A DNA stretch of 64,000 nucleotides from NCBI GenBank assembly GCA_017516825.1, contig JAFXBC010000025.1, forward strand, positions 1,328-65,327, in the 5' to 3' direction. Of this stretch, positions 46,930 through 55,835 are shown piece after piece. This DNA is from Clostridia bacterium. Lineage in GTDB: Bacteria; Bacillota; Clostridia; Oscillospirales; CAG-382. The first letter of the stretch is position 1, and every line of letters begins with the position of its first letter. The notes under the pieces are model-generated. The model was not told the origin of the DNA. It did no database searches and was given only the letters and a program-made list of their open reading frames with translations. A program made the translations under genes and the position numbers.

Positions 46930-48123
46930 TTATTCTCCCTTCAAAAATGCCAACGCGTAGCTTGCCGCCGCGGCAGACCCCTGCCACAAAACGTCCTCGT
47001 CAATGTCAAATGCAGGACTGTGATGCTCTGCACCCACACCTTTTTCCTCGTTTCGGATCCCGATGAAGGCGAACACCCCCGGCCATCTGTGGAGGAACTT
47101 GGCAAAGGATTCCGAAGCCATCCAAGGCTCCGCCTCGGTGAGACAGTCTATCCCCAAGGTCTCTCCGATGGCCTGTCGTGCCAAAACGGCACAGGCTTTG
47201 TGGTTGATGACGGGGAACCCCGGCGGGTTGTAGCGGGTATACACCGCCTCACAGCCGTGGAGCGCACAAACGCTGTCGATGAGCTTTTTGAATTCGTGAT
47301 AGAAGGTCATCCCCGCACCCTCGCGGTCAAAGGTACGCATAGTGCCCTTGAAGGTCAATTTCTCCGGGATCACGTTCTGGCAGTTCCCTGCGGTGACCTC
47401 CCCGATAGAGATGGTCAGCGGGGTAAAGGGATCGATCTTGGTCATCCGCAAATTCCCCACACGGCCGTAGATCTCCACGAAGGCGTCGATGGGATTGCAT
47501 GCCCGATCGGGACGGCTTCCGTGACCGCCCTTCCCGCGGATGGTCACGTGGAAGGGGAGATTGCTTGCCATCATGGCACCGTCATTCACGGCGATCTTCC
47601 CGCTTTCCGCCCCTGCGTAGAGATGGGCGGCGTAGACGGAGTCGATGTGAACCTGCTCTTTTTCCAGATATTCCAGAAGGTAGCGGATGTTTCCGCCCCC
47701 TTCCTCCCCGCGTTCAAAGCAGAGGTAGATCCTGCCATCAAGCTCGTCTTTCTTTTCTATGAGAATCTTCGCCGCGCCCAACAGCATGGCGATATGTCCG
47801 TCGTGTCCGCAGGCGTGCATCACCCCCGGGTTCCCACTGATACAGATCCGTTTACGGCACAGATTCTCCTCCGCTTCCCGAATGGCAAGGGCGTCCACGT
47901 CGGCGCGAAGCAAAACGGCTTTGCCCTTCGCTTTCCCTTCCAAGGTGGCGAGGATCCCGCCCTCGGGAACCTCCACGTAGGGGATGCCCATGGCTTCCAG
48001 TTCTTCCTTGATTTTTGAAAGGGTTTGAAATTCTTTCCCCGTCAGCTCGGGGTGGGTGTGGAAATACCGCCGTAACCCAACGATATACCCTTCCTGCTCT
48101 TTTGCAAGCTCTGCGACGTGCAT
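46930..48123 (-). CDS. M20-family amidohydrolase (N-acyl-amino-acid amidohydrolase-like)
   Basis: FHTHPE, MHACGHDGH and the dimerisation-domain pattern. Confidence 0.9.
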   Translation of the reverse strand: MHVAELAKEQEGYIVGLRRYFHTHPELTGKEFQTLSKIKEELEAMGIPYVEVPEGGILATLEGKAKGKAVLLRADVDALAIREAEENLCRKRICISGNPGVMHACGHDGHIAMLLGAAKILIEKKDELDGRIYLCFERGEEGGGNIRYLLEYLEKEQVHIDSVYAAHLYAGAESGKIAVNDGAMMASNLPFHVTIRGKGGHGSRPDRACNPIDAFVEIYGRVGNLRMTKIDPFTPLTISIGEVTAGNCQNVIPEKLTFKGTMRTFDREGAGMTFYHEFKKLIDSVCALHGCEAVYTRYNPPGFPVINHKACAVLARQAIGETLGIDCLTEAEPWMASESFAKFLHRWPGVFAFIGIRNEEKGVGAEHHSPAFDIDEDVLWQGSAAAASYALAFLKGE

Positions 48124-48237
48124 ACAATCGCCTCCCGCTTCGTTTCATAAGCCCATTATATACCCCCGCACTCTATTTTTCAAGAGCCTCCCGAAAAAAA
48201 GGCCGCACCGTTACGGTACGACCTTTGGTATGGTTCT

Positions 48238-49011
48238 TTACTTCGATTCCGTATGCTTGATCAGCTTCCGCACAAGGGCCAGGTCTTTCTTTGCGATCTC
48301 CGCAGTGTAGGGTGCTTTTTCTTCTTGGGTCAGGATGCGTTCTCCCACGAAATATTCCAGACATTCCGCCATGGCTTCGCCGAAAAGACGGATGTTTGCC
48401 CGCAGACGCACCGCCATAGCTTCCCCTGCGTAGAGATTTCCCCGCACGGTGTTGTATTCTTGACAGCAGTCGAAGGGAGGCAGAGCTTCTCCCAGCTCCC
48501 ATGCCTTGGGGTAGTCCTCCTTGGTGACGTAGCGGTACATTAGATCCCGGGTCACCTTGGTGCGCATGGCGGTGTCCGTGCTGATCTCCAAGATCTTGTG
48601 ATAAAGCAAAATGGCTTCCTCGTAGTTTTCGGGAGATTCCCTGAGGGTGCCGGATAAAGCCCACGCCAAGGCATACATCAGCTCTTCGTTCCCGGGATGG
48701 CGGATCAATGCTTCCCGCAGAAGGGGAATCGCCTCGCTGTGGCAGTCCTTGTCAAACAGCGCCGTTGCTTCTTGGCACACAGCTTGGATCTCCTCTTTCA
48801 GCTTACAGGTGTCGTGTCCCAGCAGATGATCCACGGACACCCCGAAAAGATCCGCAATTCCCGGCAACAGGGAAATATCGGGGCAGGAGAACCCTGTTTC
48901 CCATTTGCTCACCGCTTGGCAGGAAACGCCCAGAACTTCGGCAACCTGTTCTTGGGTAAGATTCAGCCTCTTGCGTAGTGTCTTGAAAGTTTCGGAAAAT
49001 AAATGACTCAT
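48238..49011 (-). CDS. XRE-HTH regulator with TPR-like C-terminal domain
   Basis: LTQEQVAEVLGVSCQAVSKWETGFSCPDISLLPGIADLFGVSVDHLL. Confidence 0.85.
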   Translation of the reverse strand: MSHLFSETFKTLRKRLNLTQEQVAEVLGVSCQAVSKWETGFSCPDISLLPGIADLFGVSVDHLLGHDTCKLKEEIQAVCQEATALFDKDCHSEAIPLLREALIRHPGNEELMYALAWALSGTLRESPENYEEAILLYHKILEISTDTAMRTKVTRDLMYRYVTKEDYPKAWELGEALPPFDCCQEYNTVRGNLYAGEAMAVRLRANIRLFGEAMAECLEYFVGERILTQEEKAPYTAEIAKKDLALVRKLIKHTESK

Positions 49012-49128
49012 GTGTTACCTCTGTTTGGTTTGTATTGGAACCGGTTCTGCATACATCATAACAGAGGAACGGGGGAAAGTCCATATACAACTTGTAGGAT
49101 TTTTTTCTACCGTCGGTTGTATTCTTTT

Positions 49129-49656
49129 TCACCCCACGCCGTAGGTGCCCGTCACGGGGTCACGGAACAAGGGGATCTCCGGGGTGGCGAAGGTAAAGAT
49201 GGCAAAGGCCAAGGCCAGCACGCCAAGGACGAGAATGCCCCAGCCTTGGTGCTTACACTTGGGCAATTCTTTCATGAACAGCCAGTATTCCAAAAGGAAC
49301 GCCAACCCGGCGGACACGAAGAACAGGGAAATGTTTACCCAGTCGGGAGTCCTCCCAAAAGCGCCGTTCACCGTGTAGAACAAAAAGGGGATGGAGAGAA
49401 TCCCGACAACAGCGCCTATGGCCTTCACGCACCAGAAGGTCTTGCACTCCCGCAGGTAATACCCCTGGATCAACGCAAATACCAGCATGGGGAAGAACAA
49501 CAGCTTCATGTGCTCCCAGGTGGATTCGTTTACCCCGGAAAAAGGTGCGGCAAACACGCTTTCTCCCGTCCATTCGTACACGTAATGCAACGCCGTCCCT
49601 GCCACGGAGACGAACAAAAAGCCCAGCCATTGCCAGACTGCTAAGGATTTCTTCAT
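49129..49656 (-). CDS. DUF6512-like membrane protein
   Basis: Five hydrophobic helices. HYVYEW...VNESTWEHMKLLFFP motif recalled for this family. Confidence 0.7.
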   Translation of the reverse strand: MKKSLAVWQWLGFLFVSVAGTALHYVYEWTGESVFAAPFSGVNESTWEHMKLLFFPMLVFALIQGYYLRECKTFWCVKAIGAVVGILSIPFLFYTVNGAFGRTPDWVNISLFFVSAGLAFLLEYWLFMKELPKCKHQGWGILVLGVLALAFAIFTFATPEIPLFRDPVTGTYGVG

Positions 49657-49732
49657 AAAAAAACACCTTCCGCTTTTTCATTTCATCGGTTTTAGTGTAT
49701 GAAAAAACGGAAGGTACTATTCGTTTGTGGAA

Positions 49733-50866
49733 TCACAACAGCTTTTTCTTGATGTTCTTCAAAGTCTTTTCAAGGGTCTTGCCTTCGTACTCCTCGTAGA
49801 GGTTGAAATTGCTGAAGGTGCCGCCCTCGTCGTTAGCCCAGCCGATCAGCCAACGGCCCTTGAGCTCGTCGCCCAGGTTATCGCTTTGGGAGGTGTAGCG
49901 GAAGACGTAGTAGTCCTCTCCCTTCTTATCCACCACGCCCAGGAATTCGATCTCATCCGGCACTCTCCCCAGCTCTGTGGGATAGGTCAACCAATGTACC
50001 AGATCGCTCTTGGCCAGATATTCCTTGTCGGCATACTTTGCGGGGAAAAGGGAGGTCAAACCGTATTTTCTCAAAAGACCGTAGGTCATATGGGCGTATT
50101 TCAAGTCCTCGGCCAGGGCTTCCACGGCCTCCGTGGGAATGGGTTGCTTGGCGGTCAACAGAGTTGCCACGGCAAAATGGGAAATATTGTTCTTGCCAAG
50201 CTTCAGAACCTCGTACAGCAGGGGAATGGTGGATTCCTCCATGAAGTACTGCACCGCATCGCAGAGAAGCTCCAGAACGCTGACGATCACGTCGTCAAGG
50301 GGCGTCTCCAGATACCGCTTCAGCTCGGAATTGAGGTGGCGGGCGAACAAGGCCTTGGAGTCTGCGGGCAGGTTCCCGATCTCCTTGGTGTAATGCAAAA
50401 GGCCTTGGTACACCATGCCCTTGTGGTATTCGTCCTTCAAGGCGTTTACCGCGGAGATCAGCTGTGCAACGGCAATCTTGTCGTTGTGTCCCTCCTTGAA
50501 AATGTTGTCAATAGCGTTTTCCACAAACCGCTCTTTGTTCACCAGCTCCATCAGCGTCTGGATATCCTGCAGGTGGTCTGCACCGATCTCCATGGGGGAA
50601 CCGTGGCAAAGCATAATGAGCCCCAGCAGATTGTCCTCGTATGCAAAGATCTCATCCTTTTTGCGGTAGCTTTCTACGGTGGGGATCAGATCGATCAACG
50701 CCTTGACCTCCCCAAAGGCAAAGCCCGCCAGCTCCTTTTTATCAACTGCGGTGATCTTCACCTTCTTTTGCTGAAAGGCGTGGAGAATGTATCTCAAAAT
50801 GTTGTTTTTTTCTTCATAGCTTGAAAGTCTTTGAACCTCTTCAAGAATGGGAGTAAACGTTGCCAT
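49733..50866 (-). CDS. Hypothetical helical-repeat protein
   Basis: AAAGGAGG RBS plus ATG 50866. No recognisable catalytic motif. Confidence 0.65.
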   Translation of the reverse strand: MATFTPILEEVQRLSSYEEKNNILRYILHAFQQKKVKITAVDKKELAGFAFGEVKALIDLIPTVESYRKKDEIFAYEDNLLGLIMLCHGSPMEIGADHLQDIQTLMELVNKERFVENAIDNIFKEGHNDKIAVAQLISAVNALKDEYHKGMVYQGLLHYTKEIGNLPADSKALFARHLNSELKRYLETPLDDVIVSVLELLCDAVQYFMEESTIPLLYEVLKLGKNNISHFAVATLLTAKQPIPTEAVEALAEDLKYAHMTYGLLRKYGLTSLFPAKYADKEYLAKSDLVHWLTYPTELGRVPDEIEFLGVVDKKGEDYYVFRYTSQSDNLGDELKGRWLIGWANDEGGTFSNFNLYEEYEGKTLEKTLKNIKKKLL

Positions 50867-51106
50867 GGAAGCCTCCTTTGGGGGTGTGGGATAGATTGCC
50901 TTCAGTATACCATACGATCCTCGGAAAGTCAATGCACAGACCGACATCGGCATAACAAGTGCCGAAAAAACGCAGAAACGCGAAGCTCCTTCTATCGGTT
51001 TGGTTGAGCTTATCTCAAACGAATAGAAATTTCGGTTATTGCTTTTCCCGGGCGGTTTGCTATAATAAAGGCGTAGCTACAAAAAATCAAGAAAGGAATA
51101 ACCTAT

Positions 51107-52183
51107 ATGATGAATCTTGCAGATAAACTAAAAGAACTTCGTAAAGCAAAAAAGATATCCCAAGAAAAGCTTGCCGACTATCTCGGCGTATCCTATCAGG
51201 CGGTGAGCAAATGGGAGAACGGTATTACTTGTCCCGATGTTATGTTGCTACCGGAGATCGCCCGCTATTACGGCATCACCGTGGATGAACTGTTACAGGT
51301 GGAACAGATCGACGCCGACAAATACTTTGAAGAAGTTTGTTCAAATGCCGAAAAACTCTTCCGGGATGGAAAGCGGGCGGAGATCATTCCTCTGTGGCGT
51401 GAAGCGCACAAGAAGCTTCCCAACGATATTCGCGTCAAGGAAATGCTGATGTCAACCTATTTTGATACGGACAGAGTGAAGTATCAAAACGAGATCATCG
51501 AGCTTGGAACGGAAATTTACAATGCCGATCCCTCCGAAGGCGGGAACAGCTATTACCAAGGACAGGCGATCCTCCAGATCGCAAGTACCTACTCTGCTAA
51601 CGGCAATTCGGAAAAGGCAGACGCATGGGCGCGCCGCGCACATCAGATCAATCATTGTCAGGAAATGCTGTTTATGATGATCCACGATGAGGAGGATTGG
51701 CTTACCGAAACCTTCAGCTTTGCCAACCATTGGTACCTGAATACGCTGTTCTATATGGCGGCGCGGCTGAATATGTGTAACGTAAAATGCTTCGGGGAGG
51801 ATTACGTTCAAAAAGTCAGCATGGCCGTAGCAAATATGTTCGAGACGGCGTATCCCAACGACGACATGAGCTATGAATCGTTGGAACAGCTTTGTATTTT
51901 GCACCGCCTTGTTGCCGAGGAGGAAGTATCTCTTGGAAAAGAGGAAGTGGTTATCAGAAAGCATCTTTCCCGTGCAGTGGAATGTGCCGTTAGGTCATCG
52001 ACCGTAAAAGCGCATACGCTCACGCATCCGTTGTTGTACGGTTGGCAGGTCGCAGACGCTCCTTCCGATCACAAGCAGCTTGTGCGAACCTTGAAGGCCG
52101 AATTGGCGTGGAACTGCTTCGACGAGTACCGAAACAAAGATTGGTTTTTGGATCTGGTTGCCCGGCTTGAAAACGTTGAGTGA
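51107..52183 (+). CDS. XRE-HTH regulator with TPR-like C-terminal domain
   Basis: ISQEKLADYLGVSYQAVSKWENGITCPDVMLLPEIARYYGITVDELL. Paralogue of 48238..49011 and 5776..6261. Confidence 0.85.
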   Translation: MMNLADKLKELRKAKKISQEKLADYLGVSYQAVSKWENGITCPDVMLLPEIARYYGITVDELLQVEQIDADKYFEEVCSNAEKLFRDGKRAEIIPLWREAHKKLPNDIRVKEMLMSTYFDTDRVKYQNEIIELGTEIYNADPSEGGNSYYQGQAILQIASTYSANGNSEKADAWARRAHQINHCQEMLFMMIHDEEDWLTETFSFANHWYLNTLFYMAARLNMCNVKCFGEDYVQKVSMAVANMFETAYPNDDMSYESLEQLCILHRLVAEEEVSLGKEEVVIRKHLSRAVECAVRSSTVKAHTLTHPLLYGWQVADAPSDHKQLVRTLKAELAWNCFDEYRNKDWFLDLVARLENVE

Positions 52184-52277
52184 TCAAGCCGGCATACGCC
52201 ACCTCGACGCCGTGACAAAGGCATACACCGACGCCGCGATGAGTAAGGCGTTAGGGTAAAAGCATAATCGCAAAAGC

Positions 52278-52305
52278 AAAGCCCGAAGCACACGCTTCGG
52301 GCTTT
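52278..52305. terminator. Bidirectional terminator at the left edge of the AT-rich island
   Basis: AAAGCCCGAAGC-ACAC-GCTTCGGGCTTT. Confidence 0.8.
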
Positions 52306-52309
52306 ATCC

Positions 52310-53083
52310 TTATTCAAATGAAATATCTGCTACAATAATTGCATGATCACTTCCTGCTGCGACGGCTTCGTCGTAGTTGTATGTTAGTGATTCTACTCTA
52401 CAATTATTTTTCACGAAAAGAAAGTCGTATCGAACAGCACCCTTCCTGCGAATGTTATGTGACTTAGTTAATGGCTTTCCTTCTTCGTATCCTTCGATGC
52501 CATTGAAACGCACATAAGCATCTGTGAGGCCAATGTCAACCATTTCGTCAAAGAAATGCTTTGCACCAGGACCGTTATCAAAGAATTGCATTTGCGTCAT
52601 ATCATAATGATCGACTTGCGGTTCGTTAGCATCTATTCCAATAATATCGGGACGATATTCATCAATAAATTCTGCAAAAGAATCATACTGCACCGATTTC
52701 GAACGATAATATCCGCAACCAGTCAATGAATGCAGCGCTAATATCTTTATAGTTTTATCGTTCTTCTTCAAGGTTACATATACAGTCCTATCAGGAAAAG
52801 GACTGCGTTCAATGACTCCGGCTTCCAGTATTTCGAAATTCTTGCTCACCATTACCAAGACTCCCAACCTTCGAGCGTCTGAGTCAAATTTGCTCGGCTT
52901 ACGATACTCCAGCGAATAAAACAATTCATACTTATTGGAAAGCGTGGCTTTAATGTATTCGTATGCGTGCGGTTTTACTTCCTGCAAAATAACGCAAGTA
53001 TCATCTTCGATTTGAGTCTGCAAGTACTTTATTTTGCGCTCGGTGTCTCCTGCATAACTTATATTCCAGTCAATTATTTTCAA
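52310..53083 (-). CDS. Endonuclease/exonuclease/phosphatase (EEP, DNase I-like fold) family protein
   Basis: AAAGGAG RBS plus TTG start. KIIDWN, VILQEV, IIGIDANE and C-terminal GSDHAII match the EEP motif order. Confidence 0.75.
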   Translation of the reverse strand: MKIIDWNISYAGDTERKIKYLQTQIEDDTCVILQEVKPHAYEYIKATLSNKYELFYSLEYRKPSKFDSDARRLGVLVMVSKNFEILEAGVIERSPFPDRTVYVTLKKNDKTIKILALHSLTGCGYYRSKSVQYDSFAEFIDEYRPDIIGIDANEPQVDHYDMTQMQFFDNGPGAKHFFDEMVDIGLTDAYVRFNGIEGYEEGKPLTKSHNIRRKGAVRYDFLFVKNNCRVESLTYNYDEAVAAGSDHAIIVADISFE

Positions 53084-53832
53084 AGCTTTAACTCCTTTAC
53101 AGCTTGCTTTATTCGTTGATTTCGCTTTTCAACGAAGTCCAGTTCTTTTTCAATCCATGATAAATATTCTTCTACGGTCTTGGGCAATGGATTATACTCA
53201 AATGCGCCACTTCCTAACCAAAAGTTAACGTGGTTATAGTCATCGGTAACGCAATCTTGCAAAAAGAAGAAATCAACATATCCTTTGAAATCTACAAACA
53301 AATCGAAAAAGTTTTTGTTCTGTAAAAGTGTATTGTATAAAGGGCTCTCTTCGTTTTGATAAAATTTTCGGATACACTCTAAGGTTAAATCCCAGCGGTC
53401 TTTAATGAATGGATTACAACCGCGAGATTGATTTATGCCACCTTGCTTTTTTGGAAATATAATTTCACCGCCAATGGTATATGATTTGTGTATATAATTT
53501 TCCATGTAGGCGTGATAGTCAGGCAAAGCGTTTGCCACCTGTTCTATCATTCCGCGATAACGACTATATCTGAAACTGGCAACGATAGAATCGCTTCCAA
53601 AACGAAAGTCTTTCCAAGTCAGATAATTCGCGCCACTACCGATTTGCAAATCCATCGTTTCACCGTTGGGCAAGGGTCTGCTATATAGCAATTTGTGATA
53701 TAACTGCATTGTTTTGCTTGCACTATCAGGATCGCAGTTGAAGCAACCCAATAGTGAGTCTTTATCCCAATAATTATTCCAGTATCTTGGTGTATCGGTA
53801 GTGAAATCGAATTCGACATCAATAGAGTTCAC
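53080..53832 (-). CDS. Conserved-looking hypothetical protein (250 aa), first gene of the pair with the EEP nuclease
   Basis: GTG start with AGAAGG RBS. Its stop codon overlaps the EEP start (TTGA). Motif-rich (YTIGGEIIFP, RGCNPFIKDRWDLTLECIRKFY, FKGYVDFFFLQD) but the domain is not recognised. Confidence 0.65.
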   Translation of the reverse strand: MNSIDVEFDFTTDTPRYWNNYWDKDSLLGCFNCDPDSASKTMQLYHKLLYSRPLPNGETMDLQIGSGANYLTWKDFRFGSDSIVASFRYSRYRGMIEQVANALPDYHAYMENYIHKSYTIGGEIIFPKKQGGINQSRGCNPFIKDRWDLTLECIRKFYQNEESPLYNTLLQNKNFFDLFVDFKGYVDFFFLQDCVTDDYNHVNFWLGSGAFEYNPLPKTVEEYLSWIEKELDFVEKRNQRIKQAVKELKL

Positions 53833-54116
53833 GTTTCTTTACCTTCTTTTAATGATTAATCGCAGTAATTATATCAGAAAACATATAGTTAAAGTTATAT
53901 AATTTTTCTTATTTCCAATTCGAACTCTCTCGTAGTTACGGACAAGATGATACCTGCTCAGTTTATTTGCGTACCTACCCGTATCTATCCGTCCCTAAAA
54001 ATAGGGTGTTTTTGAACAGCCTTGCATAGCCTTGCAGAAAATTGATAGGCAACCGAAAGACTGTAAAAGGCGTTTATCTCGAAAGTGGGGAATGAGCACC
54101 AAAAATCAAGCAATTA

Positions 54117-54195
54117 GTGACCGCTTTCTTGCCCCTTCCGAGAAAAATGCACGGCTAATGCAGGGCCGAAGGGACGGGCGGTCACTTTTGTTTGC
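54117..54195 (+). other. Orphan GC-rich long hairpin + U-tract (terminator-like or small-RNA 3' end)
   Basis: GTGACCGC (54117-54124) pairs with GCGGTCAC (54178-54185), with inner CCCTTC/GAAGGG pairing, followed by TTTTGTTTG. No + strand gene lies upstream. Confidence 0.4.
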
Positions 54196-54260
54196 CGCAT
54201 AACTACTATGAATTATAGCATATTTTTCTTCAGATTACAAGTCGACAGCCCGTGAAGCTA

Positions 54261-54289
54261 TTGAAAAATTCGAAAATATGTGATATAAT
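54261..54289 (+). promoter_or_regulatory. Consensus SigA promoter of the HNH gene
   Basis: TTGAAA (54261-54266), 17-nt spacer, TGaTATAAT (54281-54289). Confidence 0.7.
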
Positions 54290-54482
54290 ATGAACAGGCA
54301 AATCTTATCCCTTTTGTATCAGCAAAAGATGATCGGCAAATCCTTAGTCAAGCTGTTATAAGGATTACCCTTTGAGGTTTCAGCAATAGGTTGCCCTATG
54401 TGTCGTTCAGAGCATTTGCCAAAACGATAAGGAGGTTAATGCAAGTATACTTCTGTTTCACTTACGAAAGGAAGTATGACAC

Positions 54483-55424
54483 ATGAAACAATCTATGGAC
54501 TTGAACAAAGAAACCGCAAGCCGACTCTGGGTAAAGCAGTTCGGCAAGAAACAAAAGGCGGTTGACTTTTCCGGACGTACCATTGCTCGAGCTGCCTACA
54601 ATGACAGAAACAGCGAATACGGCTGGAACGTTGACCACATCCTGCCTGAATCAAGAGGCGGGAAAACCGCAGATCATAATTTGATCTGTTGTCACATTCT
54701 GACCAACGATGAGAAGGCAGACAAATTCCCCTGCTTCAAAGCAAATGGGAAGGAATTTGAAATTCAAAACAGGCAAAACCATTATGAGATCATTGCAAGA
54801 TCTGCCGAAAAGGACGATCCGCAAGAAGAGGCGATAAACTTCTTGGATGCTGCGCAAGGCTTGGAATGCTGGAAGCAATGCCGAGTCGACGGAAAGGATG
54901 TTTTTGTTGGATATGTTAAGATCAAGGTTGAAACAGAAAACGAATCCGACCAACTCCTTGAACGCTATCGCAATTTTCTATCTGAGCTGTTTGATACGGA
55001 TTTGATCTTTGTTGAACAACAGCTATCCGGTTTTTATCCGCTTTTCGGCTATGCGAAACGCACGTTTGTGTATACCGTAATAATTGACAGTATACCAACC
55101 AAAGAAGACACGCAGAATCTCCTTGATAATTGCGTGATCTTGAATACGTATAGCCTTTATTTTACCAACAAAACAGGATTTGATAATATTCAAATCGTTT
55201 GCGGTATGGAGCAATACGATAGCCGTTTTGATGCAACCCTTAAATGCAAAAACAGCATTTTAGAAAAACGGGTTTATTTCAGCGAAGATTTAGCAATTGA
55301 TGAGCTTGTGAAGATCAATACAAGTGCTGAAAAAGAACTCAAGGACACTTATCCGCAAAACGGTTTTTATTGCTATGATCGCGTTTATACACAATTGGAA
55401 AAAGATCTCGAAAAACGAATCTGA
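54483..55424 (+). CDS. HNH endonuclease fused to ~230-aa unknown C-terminal domain
   Basis: HNH core YGWNVDHILPESRGGKTADHNLICCHILTNDEKADKFP (nt 54621-54731). AAAGGAAG RBS. Confidence 0.8.
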   Translation: MKQSMDLNKETASRLWVKQFGKKQKAVDFSGRTIARAAYNDRNSEYGWNVDHILPESRGGKTADHNLICCHILTNDEKADKFPCFKANGKEFEIQNRQNHYEIIARSAEKDDPQEEAINFLDAAQGLECWKQCRVDGKDVFVGYVKIKVETENESDQLLERYRNFLSELFDTDLIFVEQQLSGFYPLFGYAKRTFVYTVIIDSIPTKEDTQNLLDNCVILNTYSLYFTNKTGFDNIQIVCGMEQYDSRFDATLKCKNSILEKRVYFSEDLAIDELVKINTSAEKELKDTYPQNGFYCYDRVYTQLEKDLEKRI

Positions 55425-55455
55425 GCTTTAGAAGAAGCATATTTGTAAACCTCTG

Positions 55456-55495
55456 AAAGAGATGTCGGGCAACAGGCATCTCTTTTTTGTTTTAT
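55456..55495 (+). terminator. Rho-independent terminator
   Basis: AAAGAGATG / CATCTCTTT stem followed by TTTGTTTTATTT. Confidence 0.8.
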
Positions 55496-55568
55496 TTCCG
55501 ATTCTCTCTGGACTTTGCGTTTCTTTGTGATATCCTTTGTGCTGACAAAACGGAAAGGAGTCGCAACA

Positions 55569-55835
55569 ATGACAACCGAAGAAAAGATAAAAGGGCTGGA
55601 GCACCTACTCCGCAAATGCCCCGACGTGATCACCGCGCTCCAAGCGTCAAGACTGATCCACGTGAGCAAGAACAGCATCCACGCGGCAATCAACGAAGGC
55701 AAGCTCATCGCATATGCCTACCGAGGCAAGCGGCTGATCAGCAAAGCCGACTTCATCGATTACCTCGCCGCCACCACCGACGACGAAACCGCATGGCAAA
55801 GGCGGCAGCGGGAGAGGATGAGCCATGACGAATAA
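55569..55835 (+). CDS. Excisionase/MerR-type HTH DNA-binding protein
   Basis: ITALQASRLIHVSKNSIHAAINEGKLIAYAYRGKRLISKADFIDYL. GGAAAGGAG RBS. Confidence 0.75.
   Translation: MTTEEKIKGLEHLLRKCPDVITALQASRLIHVSKNSIHAAINEGKLIAYAYRGKRLISKADFIDYLAATTDDETAWQRRQRERMSHDE

Noticed and set aside
54290-54482. Structured leader considered as a retron msr/msd or other ncRNA-guided system.
   Set aside because: No reverse transcriptase or other RNA-dependent partner gene is present in the island. The structure is more simply a regulatory 5' UTR of the HNH gene.
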